The position numbers and the translations under genes are program-made. Below, in pieces: positions 1 through 10,332 of a DNA stretch of 64,000 nt. Source of the stretch: Lingula anatina (Eukaryota; Animalia; Brachiopoda); assembly GCA_051362555.1 (NCBI GenBank), contig CM120641.1, positions 45,948,401 to 46,012,400 of the forward strand. The letters run 5' to 3'. The stretch's first letter is position 1. Every line of letters starts with the position of its first letter. The notes under the pieces are model-generated. The model saw only the letters and a list, made by a program, of their open reading frames with translations. It did not search any database and was not told where the DNA came from.

Positions 1-1078
1 CATAAGCATCAACTCTTAATTATGGATTTTGTCATTAAATATTATTATTTCTACAACTTTTTATAACATTTTAATTTTAGTTTAACCTTTAATCCGAAAA
101 AATTTGAGGTTTTGGGAAGATAAGTGGACAATATGACAATGAAGGAAAGAAAGAAACAAACAAACAAAACAAAGAAAGAAACAAAACAAAGGAAGAAAAA
201 AGAAAGACGCACCCCTCCCTACATTTCATAAGGTTCCTGAAGTTACTGAAGTAATCGTATGCGGACATCAGGACTATTCTGTTGTTTGAAGTGAACACAC
301 GTCTTCAAATGCCAACTCAGGAAACCATTTCCTACTGCATTTCACCCCTGGCTGCACACAGTGGCTCAAAATTGACGACTCTATCCCCGACACTTGTTGT
401 AATTCGCCTTTACATCGCCCGAACATATGCTGGACATTTTTGCAGTAAATTAACAGCGTGCCTTTGAGGGGGTCATTGGATGATGCCGCGGAGCACACAC
501 ACACCCCGCCATCTCCCCTGGACTTCGAATTTTCAACACCTTTAATATTTCAACAGCCCCGTTTAATAATTTCTGAAAAATAACACCTGGTAAATTTAAT
601 TACGGGAATGGAGGTTCCCATGAAGAGACGGAGGTGTGATGCTGCAGTAATCTCCATGAGGAAACCCTATTTACTGTTGATAGGAATGGTGAAGTATTTG
701 TGGACATAAATTTTCCTTCTTTGCCAATGTTAATCCAATATTCACGAGTGGATTTCAACTTCATAAGCCTATCAGATACTCAGATTTATGGCCCGAGTTC
801 AAAATGTTGATGGAAAAAGGTGTACTTGCATACCCTAATAAATCCGGCCTTGTCAGGAAAGATAAACCTGATCTAACTGAGGGCCCTGTAAAACTTTGTC
901 AATTACGCCGCCGCTGACAAACCAGCGCGGATTGATTGCCCGAGGTGTGATTGAACCGACATGAAACTCGCTACTGGGCTTCAAGAAATCACATCACAAA
1001 GCAGTAAGGACTTTAATTGGAAGGAAGCGAACCCCTCCTCCCCCCCTCCCACCTTCCCCAAGGCAATCTCGATGATAC

Positions 1079-1286
1079 TAAGGCGGGGAGAGATGATCAT
1101 ATAATTGGTGTAATAATCAATACGAGACGTGGATAGTGATTAAATTTTAATCGCAGTAATTTGAAGGAAGCTAAGCTACCCGGAGGCGAACAACCAATAA
1201 AATTAAGGCGGGGAGAGAATATGATTTAATTGGTTTAATAATCATTGTGGGGCGTTGGGGAAGATTAAAATTAAATTACTGTATTT
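1079..1286. repeat. Diverged about 80-bp direct repeat, offset 125 bp
   Basis: TAAGGCGGGGAGAGA...TAATTGGT(G/T)TAATAATCA at 1079 and 1204. Confidence 0.8.
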
Positions 1287-2968
1287 ATACGTGTTTCTTC
1301 TAAATTATCCCGTATTTTGCTGTTCTACAACTCGGTATTTCTTATATATGAAATGACTGTTTTACTGAGACGTGATTTTTCTAAAGATGTACGCTGGAAG
1401 TTGCAGTTAGCTGTTCAAATATAATATTTTCGCGCATATTGAACGAATCCGGGTTGCAATGCAAATTTTTGTAAACGCAACGAACTCATTGTGCCGTCTG
1501 TCACGTGACCAGCCGAGGTCTGCCTTAGAATCAATTGACGTAACAGAGATATTTTTTAACGTTTATAACTTCAGAGGGCATTATCTTTTTCAAAACCTTT
1601 CTTTGCGAGTTATCAAACAAAATAGGATGTTTGTGCACTTGATATTTCGACAGCTTTTCGCGAAATTGTGACCATGAAATCTCTAAGTATTGGAACGTTA
1701 TTCCATTGAAAATGGACAGGTAAGGTCACTATTATGCGAGTTAGTATGTAGGCAACCCTGCCGTAGGGGTCCCATCAGTGTCATCGGAACCCATTTTCAA
1801 AATGACTTGTACACAGAGTACGAACAAAGAAAAAACTAAGATGGTTCAGTGATTATACAGGTTTAATTACAAATTTGTGTATTTTGGACTTTCGTGTCTT
1901 GCATATGAGCTAATCCAACCATCCATTTTAAAAAAGAAAGGCACCGCTGTTTTAAAAATAATTTTCATAATGTAAAGGGTATCCGCCTTATGAAAAATAT
2001 AAAAATGTCATACAGAAATGACACTAAAATACACGATCGTCGCTAACAAATAAATTCAACCATTAAAACTACATATATTATACTCATAGACCAGGATTTT
2101 TCCTCTGCATGATTAAAAACATTACTATGACCACAACTATTTACAGCAATATCTATTTACATTATTCCTCACATATCTGTAGTACACTTTTTTAAAAAAA
2201 TAAATCTTAAAACAAAGCGTCAATTGTAAAATACCCAGCTTTTAAGTAAATTACCATATTTTTCATGTTTTACAATTTTACCTCGTGTCTAAATCAAATA
2301 TATAAATGATATGACGTTTTTTTCATTAAAAATGGTTGTGAACAATTTGCTAAAATTATTGTCGAGCTATTTACAATTTTTTTTTGTTAAAAAAAAAAAA
2401 CAAGGCAGCAAAGCTGTCAAATGTACAGACAAAAAACAGAAAATAAAGATGCAAAAAAGGTCATTTTGTCAATTTTGATGCAATAATAAATAATGCTTAT
2501 AATAGCACTGTCAGTCAACACTGAATTTTAATCTTGCACAACAGGTAACATGGTCAATAACAGGAGCGGACCCAGAGATATTTTCTGACAGTATTACAAA
2601 GTATCTATGTTGATCCATCCTCCATTTTGATGGTCTTCCAACAGAAAAAAATAGATACCAGTCAATATAAACTTAATAACCTGACTGTCTTCCGGAAGAC
2701 CCAGAAGATGGTCTCAATCCACCCCTTCAATAAGATTACAGTTTCAGGACCATGAGAGTTCAAATTCACATTATGAAAGTCTCAATATTTGAAAAATGAT
2801 GACAGTGCATAAAATAATATTACATAATGTTTAAAGACACAAAAAACAATACAACTGCTTATGTAGAAATACAGAAAATGTGCAGAGCCCCAGGCAGATG
2901 ATAGCCTGCCTGGGGCTAAAAGTCACAAATGCAAATGTTTGAGAAAAAATTATAAAGAAAAACAACAA

Positions 2969-3205
2969 AACTAGAAAAGCACTTTGAGAGTGCAGACCTC
3001 TGCCAAGGCAGCAATTGTTGATTATTATTGATAATTGATTGATTATTGATCCGGACCACCACCAAAAATTAATCATTGTCCTCTTTGGCCCACTTCCGAC
3101 AGTTCCTGAAAATTTCTGCAAAATCAGTCCATAACTTTTTGTGTTATGTGGATGACAGACAAACAGGGGTGAAAATATAACCTCCTTGGCAGAGCTTGAG
3201 GTAAA
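2969..3205 (-). mobile_element. Short second HINE-type element nested in the larger HINE
   Basis: AACTAG end with hairpin GCACT-TTGAG-AGTGC (2979-2993). SubTIR ACCTCTGCCAAGG (2996-3008) is complementary to CCTTGGCAGAG near 3184. A GACAGACAAACA microsatellite remnant and an ACCTC...GAGGT-AA end are present. Confidence 0.7.
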
Positions 3206-4080
3206 TATAATTCCAATGAAGCTGCTATTCAAACTTTTAATCTTCCAGTTTGATATATATATATATATATTTAAAACTTATTTGCAATATTAAACAAAAT
3301 TTACCTGCATAATTATCACTGCTTCCTTATTATTAATCTAGCAAAGAGCTTTACCTTTGGGAGTTTACAGGGAAATATCAACAAGTGTGCTTTACGTAAT
3401 CTCATTTAATGGCCTATTAAAGCAAATGACTTTATAACTCTGAAATTAATCTAGTGATACCCAAGGGTAATTTACAGACTGACCCACTCAAAGGTCTTCA
3501 GGCCCATAAGTCACACCTTAAGAAAAGCACAAAACCATAATGCCCAAAATAGGAGAATACCAATCCTGATGCAATAATACATTATGTTTAACTGCACAGT
3601 CAACATCAACTTATGCACAACAGGTAACACAGACGAAAGTAAAAGCATAAGGCTTCAGGCCCATCAGAGTTCAAGTTTATACTTAGAAAGTGCCAGATTG
3701 AGAAAAATGAAAATTTCACAAAAAATGCATAAATACAATAAACATGATAATCCAATAGAGCTGGTTTTCTCATGAGCTGAAGGCCAATCCTAAAAATCGT
3801 ACTTGTAAGTTTAAAATTATAATAAGTAGCACAGTTTTCTTTTCATAATGTTTGCAGTAGCAGTGCAAAAAGATTGTCAATTTTGATGTAACATTACATA
3901 ATAAATTAGAGAATAATTATCACCAATTTTTGTTTATTGACTATAAATAGGATGGACATGTAGAAAATATGATTACCATTTGGCTTCATATCCATGGGAG
4001 CTCCGAGTCCCACAATGAATATGCCAAAAAAGATAATGAATATAACACTAAAATGTATAACTTCCAGAAAAAGAAGCCAA

Positions 4081-4700
4081 TTAGACTGCTTTTCTAACTC
4101 AGGCTGCATTTTAGTCCTGTGTTTCTTTTTTGAAACTTTGACAGTCATAAGTAACACGGTTTTTCCATAATGGTCATCAAGGCAGCAGCACCAAAAATTG
4201 TGTTTTCTTCTATTTTGATGCAACATTACATAATGCTTAACAGCATAATGACCATCGATTTTTAATAATAAAATATTAGTATCACGGATATTCAGGAAAT
4301 GTGACAAGCAAAGGTCTTCAGGATCATGGAACTTCAAAGTCACACCTTGAAAATGCCAATAAGTGAAAAATTAAATTTTCACAAAAAACTGTTTAATTGC
4401 CAGAAAATTTACCAAACAGACTGCATTGCCTACTGGAGCTGTATTTTAGTCCCATGTTTCTTTCCTGTAAGTTTGAGAACAGTAAGTGACATGATTTTCC
4501 TTAAATGGTCATCATGGGAGCAGTGCCCAAAATAGGGGTTTCTTCAAATTTTCATGCAATATTACATAATGTTTTACAGCATAATGACCATCAATTTTTA
4601 ATTATAAAATATTAGTATCATGGTTATTCAGAAAATGTGACTAGCAAAAGCCTTCAGGCCCATGGAACTTCAAAGTCACATATTGAAAATGCCAAAATGT
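4081..4700. repeat. About 336-bp diverged direct repeat pair inside the HINE, with more degenerate partial copies near 2460, 3490-3780 and 3870
   Basis: CAGCATAATGACCATC...AAAATATTAGTATCA...CATGGAACTTCAAAGTCACA is present twice, about 336 bp apart. Confidence 0.85.
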
Positions 4701-5141
4701 AAACAATACAGCACTGTTCTGAAATGGGTTTATTTCCATTTTTAACACTTTTTAAACATAAAACAAAATAAACAGTTTACTGCCATTTTTATATGACCAA
4801 TGAAGAAAATTGATGAGATGGGAAAAGTATCAATAGAACAGTTTTAAAGGCCCAACTTCCTCCATTCTGAGATTCTGAACATAGTGGATGAATGCATCTG
4901 ACAAACTGCAATGATATGAGTTTATTTCCATTTTTGACACTTTATTACACAATACATGATAACAAGTTTACCATCATTTTTACAAAATCAACTAACAATG
5001 TTGTAAAGATGCAGGAAATGCCAAACAAACACATTTACGTATCTTATTAGTTCAATAATGAGACTGTTAACATGCCTAAGAATTGAATGTGAGGAAATGT
5101 GAAAAAACAGCATTACCTTTTAAAATAATGGACTGATTATG

Positions 5142-6208
5142 CTGATTTTCAAACTCAACCTGCGTTTTAGTAAGATTGGCCCCTCCTGCGAGTATAATGA
5201 CAATTGGCCAATCTGTTTTTCTTATATTGTGTTATCAGTGTTGCATATATACTGAAAAAAGTGAAAAAAAACAGCATAAATTCCCTACAAGTGACCCGAT
5301 CTTGCTGATTTTCAAACTTGACCTGCGTATTATGAATATTTATCAGTTCTGTAAGTTTCAAGCCAAAGGGTAAAACAGCTCTTCATTTATTGTGTTATCA
5401 GTGTTGCAAAAATGCTGAAAAAAAGTGAAAAAATAGCCTAAATTCACTAAAAATGACCCAATCATGCTGATTTTCGAACTTGACCTGCGTATTATGAATA
5501 TTCATCAGTTCTGTAGGTTTCAAGCCAAAAGGTCAAATGGTTTTCCATTTATGGTGTTATCGGTGCTGCATATATGTTGAAAAAAGTGAAAAAACAGCAT
5601 AAATTCCCTAAGAGTGACCCGATCATGCTGATTTTCGAACTTGACCTGCGTATTATGAATATTCATCAGTTCTGCAAGTTTCAAGCCAAAAGGTAAAATG
5701 GTTTTCCACTTATCGTGTTATCGGTGCTGCATATATGCTGAAAAAAGTGAAAAAATAGCCTAAATTCACTAAAAATGACCCAATCATGCTGATTTTCGAA
5801 CTTGACCTGTGTATTATGAATATTTATCAGTTCTGTAAGTTTCAAGCCAAAGGGTAAAACAGCTCTTCATTTATTGTGTTATCAGTGTTGCAAAAATGCT
5901 GAAAAAAAGTGAAAAAATAGCCTAAATTCACTAAAAATGACCCAATCATGCTGATTTTCGAACTTGACCTGCGTATTATGAATATTCATCAGTACTGTAA
6001 GTTTCAAGCCAAAAGGTACAATGGTTTTCCACTTATCGTGTTATCGGTGCTGCATATATGTTGAAAAAAGTGAAAAAACAGCATAAATTCCCTAAGAGTG
6101 ACCCGATCATGCTGATTTTCGAACTTGACCTGCGTATTATGAATATTCATCAGTTCTGCAAGTTTCAAATCAAAAGGCAAAATGGTTTTCCACTTATCGT
6201 GTTATCGG
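5142..6208. repeat. 161-163-bp tandem array, about 6.5 copies, inside the HINE
   Basis: CTGATTTTC(G/A)AACTTGACCTG recurs at 5142 (diverged), 5305, 5467, 5628, 5789, 5951 and 6112. Confidence 0.97.
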
Positions 6209-6217
6209 TAAAAGTGC

Positions 6218-6248
<31 letters not shown>

Positions 6249-8899
6249 CAGCGACGGCGACGACAGACGCAGATGATGGCTATATGTACAGACACATCTG
6301 TGTCTGTACATAAAAATTTCATTAAGAAATTACCCCCCCCCCCCCCCCAGGCCCGAAGCAGTATTTACTGTCTCAGACTACATCTACAAGCACCAAAATT
6401 TAAAGTTCCCATCTAACCCATCCCACTAGTAAGGAAACCACGGACATGTGACATATTTCAACACAAAATCATAAAGGTAAGACAGGTGTACAGTGATGTG
6501 GTATGCCTAAATATCAAATTAACTACAGTAGCATAAAAATGCTGACCACGTAAAAGGGGGAGAGAGATTACACACTTCGTCTGAACCAATACACCGAGAT
6601 GGCACTTAATAATTAGCCGTCATACAGACAACACGAGTGCAGAGCCCGATTTACTTCATAGATCATGTGTTGCATAATGTGGAAGTAAATCATCCATTCT
6701 CCCTGTCAAAAAAGAAATGATGAGCAAGCGAGCACCTGTTAATGGTGTAACTATCTTGTCCAACAGTCAGTTACATATAATCTTTTGCAGGGATAGTCGT
6801 GCTGGCGAAAGAGGAGAGGAGAAGGGGAGGGGGGGGGGCAAGTTATAAGAATTTGGGAAGTAGTTCATTTTTTTCTAGAATCTGGTTTCTTGGGAGAGGA
6901 GGGAAACCCCACCTCGTTTAACCCTCGTAAATGGCCTGGGATGGGTATGAGAATTTATCTTGAATAACAGAATAAACGAGAGTGGCACAAAATAGGGTGT
7001 GGCGTGGTGCGAATCCTGAAGCGGCCACTCAGTTCACGCAAAGCTCTTGTAGCAAGAATGGACTCAAGGATGAACCCGAGCAGGTGGGGGGGGGGGGGGG
7101 GGGGGGGAGGGAGGGGGTTGTGAACTTTCCTTATGCATTTATAATCATCAGGCACATCCATCAGGCCAGTAAAGGTGGGAATTATTCTAAAATTTATAAC
7201 GTTGACTTCGTCTGCCACCAAGCATTTAAGAATTAGACATGTAGACTATATCCCGAGGCCTGCCACCACGCATTCATAATTGTGCCAAGGTATTCCATTT
7301 CAACCCCCATTCTGGAGGAAAAAAAGATGTAACAAGTTTCGGCTTTCAAAACGGATATTCATCAATGTAATGGCCAATTGTGCAGAAAATGTCTGGGCGT
7401 CAGCGTCCCCCCTCCCCCCTGGTGTCACATTTCATAAGCTGTCACACAGCTAGGTGTCAACGTCAACAGTGGCAGCACCGATGACTTGAGGACGTCATCA
7501 AACTGTTCTGACAGTCCTTAAGGAATCTGTGGGTAGAGCGAATCAATTCTGCCCTTCCCCTGCTTCATTTTCTTCATCACTATTACTGTGACATAAGGCA
7601 GTGATCCAAAGGGAAAATAATGCATATTTATAAACATTTTGGTGGGTAATAATCTGTTTATCTTCTATCAACCAAAAACATTCAGTTTCCAACCCCTAAG
7701 TCAGTACAGAACTTTCCAGTATAAATTCAACAGCCTTCTCCCCATCACCAAACAAATTTACCATCCTCCCCCTACACCCCCATCCATGAACCGTTCAACC
7801 TTCATTGCTAATCTACAACTAATGACTTTGCACCTGAGGATACAGGTGACAGCAACCTTTCCGTACCCCACCTCTCCCTCTCTCTGTCACAGCCTGTTTT
7901 TCTGTAGAAGCTAATCTACAACTTATGACTTTGCACCTACAAACACAGGTCAAACCAACATTTACTAGACCCACCCCCCTCCTCCACCACCAACATGATA
8001 TGTGTCGTCCTAATTATATTTGTGTACCAAAGAACACAGGTCACTATGAATGCTGCCTTTTGTCATTTGATTTTGTTATTTAAAAGCAAAATTCTCAAAC
8101 CTATCACTTCTTTGCAAATCTTTCACCACACCAGTGGGGTCGTCCATCCGCTGCTTAAAAACCTGCAAAATGTGTTCCCCTAACTCCACCCCCTTCCCTT
8201 CTATCGCCTCTTCTGGGGGATTTTGACTTCACACCTGTCCAACAAAACCTCCCCCCCCCCTCCCCCCAAAAAAGAAAGTCCACTAGTCCTGACAGGCGTG
8301 GTTAAAGATTTTCCATTTTTACTCATCGATCAACCTAAAAAAAACCAGAAACTGTTCTGAAAAGGCTAAGCTATTGCCAAAATAGACACCCCTCCCCCAG
8401 ACATGTCACCTGTTATCTATGTCTTTGCACTAGACTCTTACATCTGCCACCCCCCCCCCCCCCCTTTCCCTATTTTTTCACTATGTCTGCCAGGTGAAGA
8501 TGTATAGATTTGCACCTGTATCCAGTGGTCACTTGCCCTTCCAGAACGATAATTAGCCAAGGTCAGGATATCACAACCACAACAAGTGTCCCACTCACAC
8601 GTGATGGTGCTGCCATCACTGATCTGGTCAGCAGAGATCCAGGAGTTCAAGCAATACATGATTTTGTGCCATTCACACAACCCACCCTTCACTGAGGCCA
8701 TTGTCTCCCATCACACACAGCCATTATGACATAACATACCCCTCATTTTTCATGGTTCCATTCACAAAACCCAAACATCATTAAGGGATGATTATGGAAC
8801 AATTATCAGGTCCCCAAGGATCCACCAAGTGACCATCTCCTTACATGCAAAACAATGAGCACACCAAGACTGTATTCCCATACCTAAATTGATCTAACA

Positions 8900-9090
8900 G
8901 GATCAATCTATCTCCAAGGGGTTTCATCCTAAATTGCTATCAGCTTAAGCGGCTTAGATGTGTGGCATGTGACTGAAGCTGCTAAACGATAATTAATTAC
9001 CCCCTAGCAGCTTCAGTAGGCATGACAGACATCTCAGCTGCTTAAGTTGATTGCAATTTAGCGAGAATCCTCTTGGAGATAGATCGATCC
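8900..9090. repeat. Imperfect inverted repeat, about 85-bp arms and 20-bp spacer
   Basis: 8900-8984 pairs with 9005-9090, e.g. ACTGAAGCTGCTA / TAGCAGCTTCAGT and ATCTATCTCCAAG / CTTGGAGATAGAT. Confidence 0.9.
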
Positions 9091-10267
9091 ACAGTACAAT
9101 ACGATCTGGGAATGGTCCCCAAGGCTTAAACATGTGAGCAGCATGGTGCCTCAAACATATCAGTATTAGACAGCAATAGACAGTTTCTTGGTAATTGTGA
9201 TGAGATGATAACCCTCTGATTACCCTCTCTCTATATATCAACAAACCAACTACAAGGTAATCAAGGAATGTGACAGAATTATCAAAATTATGTGATAAAA
9301 CAGCACAGATGCCTCCTCATCTCCCCTGCATGGGTTAGCACACGTTATATTATCATGATAATAAAGATAAAGGCTACTGATGGGAAATACCATACATACC
9401 ACACCACGTTTCAACCACCCCCCTCCCAGCCCAACTTCCAAAAATTTAGTAAAATTTCACTAGTTATCAATAAAATCTTTTAAAACTTTCCATCTTTGCA
9501 CTTTTTATAATTCTCTTTGAAATGTCACAGTAAAATCCTAGTGTGGTAAAAAAATGGAGAAAAAAATCATCTCATATATCCATTAAACCTTTCATTACTA
9601 ATGACCAATAACACTGTCCCTTAAAATATTATTTACAATTAAATGTTTGCAATCATCACAAATACTGTAAAATCACTCTGCACTACAACTTACACAGCTT
9701 TCACAATCATAACATTTCAGAATCAATTACATTAAAAAGGAGAGGTTAAAAACAAAATAAAGATAGCAAATAATGAACATCCCAAGCATACATTTACAAG
9801 GAGACTTTATTAAGTCATTCTCTTTATATACATATTGCAATTTTTCCACCACCCAAGGCATACGAGTAACCCGTGTCCACTTCTATACTGTTCGCATTGG
9901 GAAATGATATTTGGCTGTAGGAAAATATTCCACTGTAGTTCTTTGTTTCACTCAGTTCTTCTCAAAATATTGGCAATAATCTGGAAAAATAAATTTTTAC
10001 CATTATGCATTTATCTTTGTAAGAAAACTCAGTAATGCTCTTCAAAATCAAAGAAAATAGTGAAAAAAGAAATCAAGATAAAAGCTCTTTCCATATACAA
10101 TTTGTCAGCAACTCTATAAAAAATTGACTAATCATCAAGAGTTGGGAATGAATTATGATGGGAAATCAAGTTTTGGTGGGAACACCATGACTGCAATAAA
10201 AAGAAAGAAAATTGAATAAATATAAATGTATTGTATATCATAACAGTAAAAACCACTGACAGTGGCA

Positions 10268-10270
10268 AAA

Positions 10271-10317
<47 letters not shown>

Positions 10318-10332
10318 AATAAAATAAAATAA
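10268..10332. repeat. (TAAA)n microsatellite
   Basis: Seen directly; a similar tract lies at about 17320-17365. Confidence 0.95.

Larger units (their letters stand above)
2399..6316 (-). mobile_element. Non-autonomous Helentron-associated element (HINE / DINE-1-like), about 3.9 kb
   Basis: On the minus strand: T-run, subterminal repeat ATGTACAGAC with adjacent inverted copy (palindrome 6284-6311), GTC/GCCGTC microsatellite (about 6218-6270), internal tandem arrays, 3' subTIR (2421-2430), short stem-loop GCAGC-AAA-GCTGT and CTTG-TT end in an A/T run. This is the DINE-1/HINE architecture. Confidence 0.85.

Noticed and set aside
5142-6208. Regular repeat array as a possible CRISPR array, and ORFs 5176-5373 and 6058-6276
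   Set aside because: Units repeat over their full length with no unique spacers, there are no cas genes, and the context is eukaryotic. The ORFs are by-products of the repeat.
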